Shown: positions 10,375 through 21,495 of the stretch, one piece after another | Layout: each line of letters starts with the position of its first letter | Position numbering within the stretch: position 1 is the first letter of the stretch | DNA from: Prasinococcaceae sp. CCMP 1430 | Lineage: Eukaryota; Plantae; Prasinodermophyta | Direction of reading: 5' to 3' | Assembly (NCBI GenBank): GCA_013416795.1 | Contig: RQSC01000020.1 | Coordinates: 389,746 to 453,745 of the forward strand | DNA length: 64,000 nt | The notes under the pieces: generated by a model | What the model saw: only the letters and a program-made list of their open reading frames with translations | What the model was told of the DNA's origin: nothing | The model's database searches: none | Program-made: the position numbers and the translations under genes

Positions 10375-10568
10375 GCGCGCTCCGTCGTAAGCACTGTCAA
10401 ATCCGCGCGGGCGCCCCAGGCAGTCCTGTGGTCGCCTGCCCGCATCGGCGGTGCGGGAGATGGCCACGAGCGCGTGCTTGCGTGTGAGAGGTCGGGAGGC
10501 CGGGCGTGCCACTCGGCGCGCGCCTGGCGCGCGCCAACCCGGCACCGCCGCGCCTTGGCCTCGTTGCG

Positions 10569-11458
10569 ATGGGTGGCAGCGGCGACGACGGGAGTGCCGT
10601 CGTCCTGTCATACGGCGACGCGCTGCTGCGCCGCCGCGACGCGGACACCGTTGCGCCCGGGGCGTGGCTGAACGACGCCGTGCTCGAGCTCGCGCTCGCG
10701 CGCCTCGCCGGCGCGCGGGACCACAGCGAGCATAGAGGCGCCGCCGTGCTCATGCCACCCTCGCTCGCGCAGCTCGGCGCGGCGCTCGGCGCCGACGCTG
10801 GCGCGCTGCTCCCTCCAGGGTGGTACGTGCGACGCTCGCGCGCGCGAGAGAGAGCGCGAGTGCGAGTGCGACGCACGCCGTGCCTCTGCCGGCGCCATGC
10901 GAGCTCTCTCTGACAGTCGCGCGCGCCCGCAGCGCGTCCGCGGCGCTTGTTCTCGCGCCTGTGAGCGACAGCGACGCGTACGCAGCCGCCGAGTCCGGGA
11001 GCCATTGGACGCTGCTCGCGTACTCGCGCGGGGCGCGCCTCGCCTGCTCGCGCGAGCGCGGCGGTGCGCGCGGCGTGCGCTGGGCACACTACGACTCCCT
11101 GCGCTGCAGCAGCCGCAGTCGCAACGCCGAACGCGCGGTCGCGCTCGCGGCGGCGATCGCCGCAGCAGCGGGCGCCCAGCCCCCGCGTGAGGGCGGCGTC
11201 GTCGAGGGGATGTGCCCGCGTCAGGCGAATGCCTCCGACTGCGGCGCGCACGTCCTCGCCACCGCCGAGGCGCTGCTGACAGCATTGGATGCCGGCGCAA
11301 GCACAGAGGCCATCGATGACGCGGAGGGGCGGGCACTCGACATGGCGCTTCATACCGCCTCGTCCCCTGCGGCGGCTGCGGGCGTGCGAGCGCGCCTCGC
11401 GGCGGACATCGCCTCGCTCGCGGCCGAGCAGGGGAGGAGCGCCAATCGCGACAGATGA
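10569..11458 (+). CDS. SENP8: NEDD8-specific protease (SENP8/DEN1, Ulp1/C48 family); one intron at ~10823-10932
   Basis: VLSYGDALL, WLND, GSHWTLL (catalytic His), HYDS (Asp), RQANASDCG (Gln/Cys). Confidence 0.85.
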
Positions 11459-11774
11459 CACCACCTCTCTCGCTGCGAACGCGCGAGCTCGCGCTGGCAC
11501 ACGTGTACAATAGCCATTCGTTCCAGCGCGGGCGTGCCCACGAGCACGCGTGCGCCGCCACGCGTACGCGCATGCGCCAACGCGCGCACGCACTCCCTCG
11601 CACGCGCACACCCGCCCCGCACTCGATCCCATTGCGAACGCGCTCTTGCCCACTCACGCATGCACGCAGACTCACGCGAGCGCTGTGCACAGCGTGCGCA
11701 CAAAGCCATGGATTTAGCGAGGTATGCACCCAATCACGCCGCGCCGCGCCAGACTGGCGACCCAGGCGCAAAGC

Positions 11775-12977
11775 TCACACCCCGATGAGCTCCGCGGCGC
11801 CGTCCGCCTTGACTGCCGTGAGCGTGCCGTCGACCTTGTCCAGCCAGCCGCCGAGGCGCTCGTTGAGCGAGCTCATCTCTGCCATCGTGAGCACGCGCGG
11901 CTGCACGTACGTGATCTCCACGACTGCGCGCACCTGGTCGATGGTGCCGCGGATCAGGCCGAGCGAGAGAGCCTTCATGAGCAGGTATTCGACGCCGTCC
12001 GCGTCCAGCTTGGTGCGCTCGGCGATGACCGCGAGCGGGACCGTGCGCTCGTCCGGCGGCAGGCGGAGAGCGAGCGCAAGCAGCGTCATGATGGTGATCT
12101 TTTCCCTGAGGGAACGCTCGGCCGCGACGAGCGCGGGCTGAGCGTTCATCTGTGCGCCGTACTTGACGCACAGCGCGTCGTACGCGGCCGCGTCGCCGTC
12201 GTTGAAGGCGCGCAGCAGCTCCACCAGCCAGCCCGACGGCGAGTCTGCCACCGAACGCACGATGGGGTGCTCGAGCAGCTCACCGAAGGCGAAGACGTCC
12301 TCTCCAAGGAGCGCCGCCAGGCAGAGGTCCACTCCGAGCGCCAGGGCCGCCTCGGCGCCCAAATCCTCCTCGAGGCTCACGTAGCCGAGGTAGAGCAGCG
12401 CCGCGCGGTAGAAGTCGCCGAAGCGCCGCTCGGCCTTGGCCAGCTGCGAAGACACCCAGTACACGGCCGCCGAGACCGCCGGGTCGACGCCGCTCAGCGG
12501 CTCAATGGTAGCCTTGGCCTCCTCCACCGCGCGCCTGCACTCGCCCACCTTGCCCTCGCTGAGCTTGAGGTGCGCCAGCGTCATGCGCACGTACAGCGCG
12601 GCCATCTCGGCGTCCTTCTCGCTGGCCGTGTGCGCGCAGTGGGCGACGCGAGCGGCCACGCCGTCCAGAAACTCTGCGGCGGCGGCGGCGTCGTTGAACT
12701 CCTTCGAAACCGTCACCGCGACCTTCGTGAGGCGCAGCGCGCTCAGCTTGGTGTCCACCTGCGCCACCACGCCGCGGTAGAGTTCGATCAGCGCCGGCCC
12801 CCGCAGGGCGCCGCTTTTGAGCGCGGCCTCGAGCCGCAGCGTGAACTGGTGGTAGAGCTTGCGCTCGAAGAAGCCGCGCAGCTCATCGTACGCGACAGCT
12901 GCCGCCTCGTCGCCGCCCGACCGCGCCGACGCCGCCGCGGACTCCATCCACGCCGACGCGTCTCCGTCCGCCGCCAT
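11775..12977 (-). CDS. RPN9: 26S proteasome lid subunit RPN9/PSMD13 (PCI domain), intronless
   Basis: ERKLYHQFT, AALLGEDVFAFGELLEHP, LREKITIMTL, VEYLLMKALSLGLIRGTIDQV, VQPRVL. Confidence 0.96.
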   Translation of the reverse strand: MAADGDASAWMESAAASARSGGDEAAAVAYDELRGFFERKLYHQFTLRLEAALKSGALRGPALIELYRGVVAQVDTKLSALRLTKVAVTVSKEFNDAAAAAEFLDGVAARVAHCAHTASEKDAEMAALYVRMTLAHLKLSEGKVGECRRAVEEAKATIEPLSGVDPAVSAAVYWVSSQLAKAERRFGDFYRAALLYLGYVSLEEDLGAEAALALGVDLCLAALLGEDVFAFGELLEHPIVRSVADSPSGWLVELLRAFNDGDAAAYDALCVKYGAQMNAQPALVAAERSLREKITIMTLLALALRLPPDERTVPLAVIAERTKLDADGVEYLLMKALSLGLIRGTIDQVRAVVEITYVQPRVLTMAEMSSLNERLGGWLDKVDGTLTAVKADGAAELIGV

Positions 12978-13434
12978 CTCCGCCCGCGGCTCCCAGGAGA
13001 CAGGGGCAAGGACCGCTGTGTGGGAGTGGCGTGGGGGCTAGGGAAAGGGTGTGGTGTGTGGGTGTGGCGGGTGGGTGGGTGTGGGTGTGTGTGGGGGGGG
13101 GAGCACGCCCCCGCTGTGGCACCCTACCGATCGCGCGCGCGCACCCGGCACGAATTCGCAGAGATGAAAAGTACTGTATTTCTGGTAAAATAGCAGCTAA
13201 TTCAACCTACGAAAACGCGGACTGAAGAAGCAAATATATGATGCTGTTTTGATGGGCGTGTTCATCTCGCTCCGTGGGCCGGGGGGCCGCGGCGCCACAG
13301 CGTGCGCGTAGCGCGGGGGGCGCGGGTGAGTTGCCCCGCCTCGCTGCCGACACACACGCACACACACACACACACACACACATCCGCCTTCGCGAGATCC
13401 GCCCGCAGCGTCGCACGCCGAGCCCGCGGCGCCG

Positions 13435-14610
13435 ATGGCGCGCGGCGGCCGCGGCCGAGCGCGCAAGAGCCGGCAGCAGGCGCAGCAGGCGCAGCAGCAG
13501 CCTCAACCGCAGACTCAAGACCAGCAGCAGGCGCAGCAGCAAGATCGAGAACGACCCACAGAGCAGGAGCAGCAGCAAGGGCAGCAGCAGCAAGGGCAGC
13601 AGCAGCACCAAGGGCGGCGGCAACTTGAGTCACCGCGGAAGCCGCACCTGCCGCGGCCACCACGGGGCAAGGCCAGGCAACAGCATGGCGGCGGTGCGGG
13701 CGGCGCGCCTCGCACTGGCGGGGTGCGCAAGCCGCACTGGTCGCCGCACGCGCGTGGGCGAGGGACGCGCCCGCACGCGCCGCGACGGCTGCGCAAGGGG
13801 AGCGCTGCGCACCACGCGTCACTCGCGCGACGCGCGGCGGCATCGGCGCGGCGTGCCGCACTCACATGGCACAGAAGCTCAGCTGGCGCGGGGAAGGGCA
13901 CGGTCGGTGAGGGCGAGGCCGCAGGCGGCGCTGTAGGTGGCGCGGCGGGCGCAGACCAGCATGGCGGTGCGGGGGGCTCTGGTGGTGTCGCGGCTGCATC
14001 GCAGCTCGAGCGCCCGGCAGCACCGCACAACGACAACACCTACCTCATGGTCGAGCGTCGACGCAGAGGACCTTCGCCCGGCCCCGCGGCCAGGTGGGTC
14101 GAAAAGTTCACCGGTGCGACGCACACGGCAGCGTCCAGTGGGGCGGCTGCGGGCGGAGCGGGGCCTGCGCACGCGCTGAGCGACGCCGTGGACGCATACG
14201 GCTCGAACCGCGCGCTCATGGGCGGCGCCATGTTTAGCGGGCCCGACGGACAGAGTGAGAGCTCGGAGTACTACGACTACGGCTACGACGTTGGCGCTTC
14301 CGAGGAGCGCAGGCCCGCCGATGACGACGTGTCGCAGGCCGACGGCGCATTCAGCGGCGTCATCATTGGGGAGAACGTGCTGTCGGAGGGCGGGGACGAA
14401 GCCGAGGGCGATGTCGGCGACGGTGAAGGGGGCCACTTGGATGAAGTCGAGGCGCCCGTCCAGCTCCAGGCGCAGCTTGGCGACGCACTCGGGGAGGCAT
14501 GGGGCTACATCGAAGCGCTCGAGAAGGATAACCGCGTACTGCGCGAGCGCGTGGAGGAGCTTGAAGCGCGGCTTAAGGCTGCCGGTGGCTCTGACAAGCC
14601 CGAGCTGTAA
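13435..14610 (+). CDS. Hypothetical protein with a Gln-rich N-terminus, acidic middle and C-terminal coiled coil
   Basis: 391-aa ATG ORF; heptad-like 'YIEALEKDNRVLRERVEELEARLK'; no family recognised. Confidence 0.6.
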   Translation: MARGGRGRARKSRQQAQQAQQQPQPQTQDQQQAQQQDRERPTEQEQQQGQQQQGQQQHQGRRQLESPRKPHLPRPPRGKARQQHGGGAGGAPRTGGVRKPHWSPHARGRGTRPHAPRRLRKGSAAHHASLARRAAASARRAALTWHRSSAGAGKGTVGEGEAAGGAVGGAAGADQHGGAGGSGGVAAASQLERPAAPHNDNTYLMVERRRRGPSPGPAARWVEKFTGATHTAASSGAAAGGAGPAHALSDAVDAYGSNRALMGGAMFSGPDGQSESSEYYDYGYDVGASEERRPADDDVSQADGAFSGVIIGENVLSEGGDEAEGDVGDGEGGHLDEVEAPVQLQAQLGDALGEAWGYIEALEKDNRVLRERVEELEARLKAAGGSDKPEL

Positions 14611-14663
14611 ATGTCTGAGATATTCATTGTACAATTACGCGTGCCGGCGGCACTGGCGCGCAC

Positions 14664-17600
14664 TCACGGCGGCAGGATCGGCATCGCCATTGAGCCCCTG
14701 CGCACGCCTCCCACAGCGCTCGTGCGGCGTTCCGGTGCCGTTCCACCGTCGGACAGTGTAGAGTCGCGACGCCCCGAGCGTGGCGGCTGCGCTTTGAACG
14801 TCGAACCTCGCCGCTCCGAGCTCGCCTCTGGCATACTGGCTGCCTCGTAGCCGCTAGAGTGTTGCACGCTGCGCCGCCGTTCCTCGATCGATTGGCGCCG
14901 AATGGTGCGCTGCTGCGCCTCCTTGGCCTGCACTTGCGTGTAGCGATCTCGCGCCACCTCGTTGATTGTCTCAAACTCCTCGGGGAATTCCTCGAGCACC
15001 TCCTCAAAGCTCGCCTTGGTGAGCACGAGCAGGTCACACAGCGAAATGGCCTTGATGCTGGCATTGCGCTTGTCATTGAAGTGGAGCGCCACCTCGCCGA
15101 AGAAGCCACCGTCGTTGAGAATAGCGACGACACGGCTGCGGTCGTTGAGCACCTGGACCTGACCGGCACTGATGAAGTACATTTCGCGTCCAATTTCGCC
15201 CTGGCGTATGATGAAGTCGTTGGGAAGGCACACCGAAGGCTGAAGCTGCATCAGGATGGCCGTGATGAAGGTGATCGAACACCCTTGAAAGATGGGCACG
15301 CGTTCGATCATATCCTTGTTCAGAAAAAGCGCGACCTCTGCATGCGTGCAGTACGGCGCACACGCGGCAGGTGCGGATGTCCATGGGGCGTCAGTGCATT
15401 GCCAAGAGATCACCACGCCGCGGCGCCCCAAGGTCAAGCGCACGCATGCGCACCCGGCACTGACTGCCGTGTCCGCCGGCAGGTCAAATCGCACCTTGTC
15501 TCATGTACTGCGGCAGCTCTTCAAAGAGCGAGAGCACAGCGGGCGAGCCAACCATACGCGTCTGGCGCATGAAATGCAGCTCGTAATAGCTGCGAATGCG
15601 CGACTGCAGCTTGGCAGGCATGTTGTAGCGGCGCATGCACTGGGAGACGAGGTCCATCTTTTGGCGGTTGGCCGTCGATGAGCCCTCTGAATCTTCGAGA
15701 AGCGCAACCAGTTGCCCGAAGAGCGAGACGTACACGAAGAGGCCAACGAAGGTGGTGACCTTAGTAAAGAGCGTTTGCAACTGCGTGTGTGGGCTGGAAC
15801 GCTCGCCGAGCATGGTGAAGAAAGACCAATAGAAGCCGTATCCGTAGCGCAGTACTTCATCCTTCGAGTGATAAGGCGAACCGAGCCACACAGACGCCGC
15901 ACAGTCGATGGGGTCTGTGGGCATCTCTTCCAGCACGTCTTCGGCGAGCACGTCTGGGGAGGCCCCCCCCGTGGCGGCTTGGAAAGCTTCGGGGTCCTCG
16001 CATATGGGCATGACATCATACGCATTGGGGTCGAAGTCAATAACTGTGCGCACGAGACACGTCGCCCAGTGGATCGAGAAGAAGAGCACGAGGAACATGC
16101 GCGCGATACGCAGCAGCCTGGGGTTGATCTGCGACTTCTCCAGTAGGAGCTGGAAGAGGTGCGCGAGTCTTGTCATGCGCAAGAGCTTGAGCAGCCGCGC
16201 GCGCACGAAGACTCGAGGTGGCAAGCCCCCAACCCACATGAACAAGTCGATCGGCAGGCAGGTCGCGCCGTCAATGGCCAACCACGAGCGCATGTAACGC
16301 TTGGCAATGAGCCGTCGGTTCGCAACGGCAATGCCGCGCTCCTTGTAGCCAATATTGAAGTTGAGCAAAGTGTCCACGAAGAGCAGAACGTCAGATGTCA
16401 CGTCCCAGCCGTGCAGTGGATTCATGCCCTCACCTACGTCGAAGTGAGTATTGTACAGCGGGACCGCCACACCGTTGTACAGATTAATGCAGCCCACCAA
16501 CGTCGCCCATACGAGCAGCACCGTCGAGTCCGGATGAAGCACACAAAAGCTACCATCGATGATCAGTTTTGAAACCGACTCCTCCCACCCCGACCACAGG
16601 TTCCACACATTGACGCGCCCACCTTCTGTGCGCCCCCCGGTGCCGTCAAACAAGACGTTCCATGCCGATTGCTGACCACGTCGCGAACGCTGGACGACAG
16701 GCGCGCCGGACGCCTGCTTGCCAACGCCCTTGTCGTCACCACCCGCACTTGCAGCCGCCGCCGTGGCAGCCGCTGCCGCGGCGGCCATATCTTCGCCGAA
16801 CAGGCTGGCCCGCTTGGACATATTGGGGCCACCTGGCGGTGTCTCAGCCGCCAGTGTCCCGTCCTCGCCTTCACCGATGGCCGAGAGGCAGATGCCGTTG
16901 TCGGCTTTGCGCTGCCGGCTGCCGGAACGCCCGGGCGCCATGCGAACGGGTGAGATGTCGATGCTTGCCCGTCGGAAACGCCCCATGCGGTTGATCGCCT
17001 TGATGATAGCCACGGCCTTCTTCCAGCGCTGCCTCGGGTCCTTCCTCTTCTGGAATGCAGCCTTTATGGTTGCAAACCAAGACTTTTCGCTCTTGGTGCC
17101 ATTGCGCTCGCTCTCGCGCTGCTGCACACGTGACACTGCGGAGCGCCAGTTGGACTTGCGCAGCGCGCTGCCTACCTCTGCAATGCCCTTGGTATCCTTG
17201 GCCGGCGCAAGCAGGGCAGCCACACGCGCGGCGACGGTGGGATCGTCGTCCTCGCCGTTAGCCTCGGCGCGCCTGTCCGATGGGCGGCTCGTCGTACTTG
17301 ACTGCCCGGTCCCGCTGTCGTTGGGGCTCAGGCCGTCGCGCCCATCACCCTTCTCCGTCTCAGGAGACACTTTATTGCTTGGCCACCTGCAGCCACCCCT
17401 GTCATCTCTCCCCTGCCCGGCAGGGGGGCTTCTCTCCGGAAGCTCGCCTTCGTTGTCGCCGCCCAAGTCTGCCTCCGAGTCGCAGTCCTCACCCTCGTCT
17501 TCGAGAATGGCGTTCATCATGTCCTCGTCGACACTCGTGGCGATGGGTGTCGGGTTCGCAGGCTCAGGCACATGCGCGAGCGCCCTCGGCTTTGAGCACT

Positions 17601-18267
17601 CAGATAATGAGGTCGGGGCGTACTCTCTGCCCGGCTCGGCATCGTCCCTGCCCCTGTCCCCGTCGCCGCCCCCACTCCTGTCATCGCGCTCAGATGTTCC
17701 TCGCGAAACACCTGCGACTAGCTGCCGCGCTCTGAGCGCCCGCTCTGCCTCGTCATCCAGGGCGCGCGTGTGGGTTGGGGCGTGGGTGCTGCTCCGACTC
17801 GAGGCCACTGTAGTTCGTTTCGTACCGCGCGCGCGCGCATCGTTAACGCCGCCGCTGCTGGCGCTGTTGCCGTCACTGCCGCTCACACCGCCACCCGCAC
17901 CATTGCCCTGCTTCGTGGACTTGCTGCCGGAGCAGGCCTTTGAGGTAACTGACCCCGCCGCTGCCGACGAAGATAACGCGCCGCCGTCGCTGCCGCCGCG
18001 CGCTCGCCCCGCCCCTACGGTGCGTGCGAGCGATGCGCCCAAATTCTTGCCGGCGCGCTTGGAGCTTCCGAAGAAGGGGTCATCGACGATCGCGTGGACG
18101 TCCTTAAGCCGTTCCTGAGTACTCTGGGTGACCTCGAGCACGCTGTCAACGCGCTTGGCAAGGCCAGCTTGCGACGAGCTTAGCGCGACTACCTGCTTCG
18201 TGAGCGACTGCATCATCGACCGCAGTAGCGCCACCTCCGAGGGGTTGTCGCCATTGGGAGGCGCCAT
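14664..18267 (-). CDS. Cyclic-nucleotide-gated (CNG/HCN/KCNH superfamily) cation channel with a long disordered N-terminus; intron 15338-15494
   Basis: S1-S6 helices, S4 'RARLLKLLRMTRL', pore 'YWSFFTMLGE', C-linker 'MRRYNMPAKLQSRIRSYY', CNBD 'IIRQGEIGREMYFI...FFGEVAL...RNASIKA'. Confidence 0.93.
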
Positions 18268-19050
18268 TGCGCCAAAGCGTGTGTGTTGTACGCGCCCGCC
18301 TCTTGCGTGTGCCCTGGAACGGCGGCCGCCTGGCGCCTGCCTGAGAAGAAGCTGGGCGCCGGTGCGCGCAGCAGAGTGGCACCGACGGCGCCCACCGCAG
18401 CGGCAATTCGCAGGATGAGATCGGCACTGCTGCGGCCGCCGCCGCGTGCGCGCGATGACGGCCGCCGCCCACCGCTGCGCACTGTCCCGGCCAGCCCAGC
18501 CTGAGCGGACGCAGCAGACAGCAACGACCCCGCGCGAAGTCTGCGTCCCGTCGCTGTCCCCCCCTGGCTGGCGGCCTCGTCGCTCCCCTCACGGCGGCCG
18601 CAGCCGCGCGGCGCGCCGCCAGTGGCGTGCCCAGCCCTTCACTCACCCCCACCCCACCCGACCACACCACACACACACACGCACACGCACGACCACAAGA
18701 TCTCGCGCGAGGCCGTCCGTCCGACCCCCCGCCGAGTGACCTCCGCCTCTCCCTGGGCGCGCCCGCGCGCGGCCCGCAGCGCCGCGGGCGCCGAGTGCCC
18801 CCTCGCGCGCGCGCGCGCGCGCCCGTTCGCGCCCGCCGACCCAAAAAAAAACTTTTTCAGTTTGTTTTGCTCGTCTCGCGTCCCGCGGATGTAAATCCCA
18901 ATGATGGCGCAGATGCGCGGGCCGCGCGTGCCGCCTCCGAGCTGGAGCGAGACCGAAATATATCCCGTCAGGGAATGACCGATCTGGAAAACGAAAACCC
19001 CGGGAAAATCTTTTTTTTTGTGCTCGTACAGTACTCGTCCTCGTTCCCAC

Positions 19051-19310
19051 GCAGGCTGGGATTACAGGGAGTGCAGGCGCACGCGCAGTAACGGCCCGCG
19101 GCGGCGCTACAGCACGCTGCCGCAGACGACCACGTCGCTCCGCTCGGCGTCTAGCGCGCGGAGGCGAGCGCCGGCTCCGGCAGGCTGGGATTACAGGGAG
19201 TGCAGGCGCACGCGCAGTAACGGCCCGCGGCGGCGCTACAGCACGCAGTCGCAGACGAGCACGTCGCTCCGCTCGGCGTCCAGCGCGCCGACGATTGCCG
19301 GCTCCTGCAG
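19051..19310. repeat. ~129-bp tandem duplication of the amidase 3' end (last codons, stop, 3' UTR and TGTAA signal)
   Basis: GCAGGCTGGGATTACAGGGAGTGCAGGCGCACGCGCAGTAACGGCCCGCGGCGGCGCTACAGCACGC starts at both 19051 and 19180; the copies diverge in the coding part. Confidence 0.9.
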
Positions 19311-20225
19311 GCTGAGCACGCAGCTGCTGCCACAGAATTGCGTGCCTTCCTCCTCACCCACGCGGTCCGAGCACACGAGGTAGACGCGGCGCTCTCCACC
19401 GACGAGTGGCACGAGCCGGTGGACCCAGTATGCAATAGTCTCGGCCGCATTGGGCGCCTCGGCGGCCTCCGGCGGGTCGTCGGGGTGGCGGTTGCACCAG
19501 GCGCTCGAGAAGAGGATGAGGTCGACGCCCGCCTCCTTGTGGTAGTTGGCAAGCTCGTAGGCGTCGTAAGGCGCCTCAAACTCGCGCGGGTTGATGTCCA
19601 TGCAGACGCCGAGGCCCACCTTGATGCCCAGCCCAGGGAGCTCGAGCGCTCGGAAGCTTTTCCCAGGCGTCGCCCACGTCTTGTCGGTGACGTACAGGAA
19701 GTGCTTGTCGTACACAGCGAGCACAAGGCCTTCGGGCGACACCGCCAGCTGCGAGTTGTAGAAGCGCGGCGCGCCGGCGTGCTCCTCGCCCCTGCGCGCG
19801 AAGCCAGCCACGACGACGCATCTGAGCGCCGCCGCCCAGCGCGCGCACCACGTCGCGGCCGGGCCGCAGTTCACGCCGCCACCTGCAGAGCTCTCCGCGT
19901 CGCCCGCGTCGTCTGCGCCGCCCACGTCGTCCGCGCCGCCCACGCGCCGGCCCTCCTCAACGCGCTCGGCGTGCGGCGCGACAGCGTCCGCGTCGGCAAA
20001 GTGGTACCCCGCGAACGCCATCTCGGGCATCACCAGGATGTCGATGGCCAGCGACGAGAGCACGCGCACGTCTGAGAAGGGGCACACACACGTTCGCGGC
20101 AGCGAGAGGTCAGCGAACGCCCGAGCACGCGCGTCGCGAAGGAACGACGGGCGCGCGTGCCGCGCACCGCACCGTCCTCCCCGCCTCCGGCGCCCGCGTC
20201 CGCGTGCGCACGAGCGCGCGCGGCG
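19236..20225 (-). CDS. Protein N-terminal Asn/Gln amidase (Nta1-like, nitrilase superfamily); intron ~20072-20172; 5' end not found
   Basis: Nitrilase triad motifs IDILVMPEMAFAGY (E), YDKHFLY.TDKTWA (K) and GVCMDINP (C); the upstream sequence switches to bacterial DNA. Confidence 0.85.
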   Translation of the reverse strand, partial: RRARSCARGRGRRRRGGRCGARHARPSFLRDARARAFADLSLPRTCVCPFSDVRVLSSLAIDILVMPEMAFAGYHFADADAVAPHAERVEEGRRVGGADDVGGADDAGDAESSAGGGVNCGPAATWCARWAAALRCVVVAGFARRGEEHAGAPRFYNSQLAVSPEGLVLAVYDKHFLYVTDKTWATPGKSFRALELPGLGIKVGLGVCMDINPREFEAPYDAYELANYHKEAGVDLILFSSAWCNRHPDDPPEAAEAPNAAETIAYWVHRLVPLVGGERRVYLVCSDRVGEEEGTQFCGSSCVLSLQEPAIVGALDAERSDVLVCDCVL

Positions 20226-20352
20226 CAAGGGCGGGCTTGGGCTCGGCCTCGCAATTGCCCGCGACATCGCACGCGAGTTCGGTGGCGATATCGCCTATGC
20301 GCCCGGCCCGGATGGCGGCGCGATCTTCCATCTCCTGCTCAAGGTCCTCTGA
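20223..20352 (+). pseudogene. C-terminal fragment of a bacterial sensor histidine kinase (HATPase_c G2 box; DctB-like)
   Basis: RKGGLGLGLAIARDIAREFGGDIAYAPGPDGGAIFHLLLKVL*; the stop overlaps the next ATG (TGATG at 20350-20354). Confidence 0.85.
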
Positions 20353-20580
20353 TGCTCGCGCCCGACAATGCCATGGTGATGTTCGTCGAGGATGACGAGC
20401 CGCTGCGCCTTGCCACGGTGCAGACGCTGGAACTGGCCGGCCTCGAGGTGCTGCCCTTCGATCGTGCCGCGTCTGCGCTCGCCCAGCTGACGCCGGACTT
20501 TCCCGGCGTGGTCGTCTCCGACATCCGCATGCCGGGGATGGACGGGTTCGAGACGATCGAGCGCATCCGCGCGCGCGGCG
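20352..20580 (+). pseudogene. N-terminal fragment of a bacterial response-regulator receiver domain (DctD/NtrC-like)
   Basis: MLAPDNAMVMFVEDDEPLRLATVQTLELAGLEV...FPGVVVSDIRMPGMDG with the acidic pocket and phospho-Asp; truncated before the conserved Thr and Lys. Confidence 0.85.
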
Positions 20581-21495
20581 ATGGCGGCCCAGGACGGGGA
20601 AGTCGCCGAGGCGGAGGTTGACACGGCGGCGGCGCGCGCGTTCGCGCGCGTGGCGGCGCACGTCCGCACGACTGAGCTCACGTGCAGCGACACCCACGCA
20701 CCGCTACGTGCGCTTCGTGCCGCTGTGTGCGCGTCGGCGGGCGTCGCAGACAGCGCCGAGGCGCTCTCGCGGGCGCACGAGCGCTGGGCGGCCTTCGACC
20801 GCGAGAGCGCGTGCGCATCCGATAAGGCGGCCATGCTTGCGGCGCTCGCGGACGCGGACGATGACATTGCGCGTCAGTTCCGCGCGGCGTACGAGGCACT
20901 CGTGACGCGAGAGGCGCTCCCCGCGCTCGCGGCGTGGCTGCGCGAGGGCGGCGCAGACGTCGATGCCGAGAGTTGCGGCGCGCGCTTCTACTTTCAGGCG
21001 GTGCCGTGCGTACGGGTACAGCAGCCGTGCCGCTGGCACACACTGCGGCCGCACTTCGACCGCATGTACGGCCACGACGCGCGCACCCTGAACTTCTATG
21101 TGCCGCTCTCCGCGCGCACCTTCGACAGCTGCGCGCTGCAGCTCGAGAGCGCCGCCGGCGCGGAGGACTTCGCACCGCTCGCGCTGCGCTTCGGCCAGAT
21201 GGCGGCCTTCCATGCGGCGGAGCTCGCGCACATGACGGTCGCAAACGAGACAGACTGCACGCGCGTGACGCTCGACTTTCGGGTGGTGTGGGCGCGCCTG
21301 CACGAGCCGCCGCCGGTGGCCAGCAGCGCGGCCGGCGGGGCAGCGCGGCCGGTGGGGCGCTACGAGGTGGGTGGGTACTACTCCGTCGCTGAGCTCGGCG
21401 CCGCCGGCCACTTCCAGGTCGTAGAGCGCGGCGAGCCGAGCGAGCAGCACGGCTTTCCCTTCGGCGCGCGTGGGGGCGCGCCTTCGAAAGGATGA
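20581..21495 (+). CDS. StrG-like / PhyH-type Fe(II)-dependent oxygenase-fold protein, intronless
   Basis: FQAVPCVRVQ, PHFD..YGH, LNFYVPL, LQLES..GAEDF, AHMTVANET, TRVTLDFRV; HxD...H triad. Confidence 0.7.
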   Translation: MAAQDGEVAEAEVDTAAARAFARVAAHVRTTELTCSDTHAPLRALRAAVCASAGVADSAEALSRAHERWAAFDRESACASDKAAMLAALADADDDIARQFRAAYEALVTREALPALAAWLREGGADVDAESCGARFYFQAVPCVRVQQPCRWHTLRPHFDRMYGHDARTLNFYVPLSARTFDSCALQLESAAGAEDFAPLALRFGQMAAFHAAELAHMTVANETDCTRVTLDFRVVWARLHEPPPVASSAAGGAARPVGRYEVGGYYSVAELGAAGHFQVVERGEPSEQHGFPFGARGGAPSKG

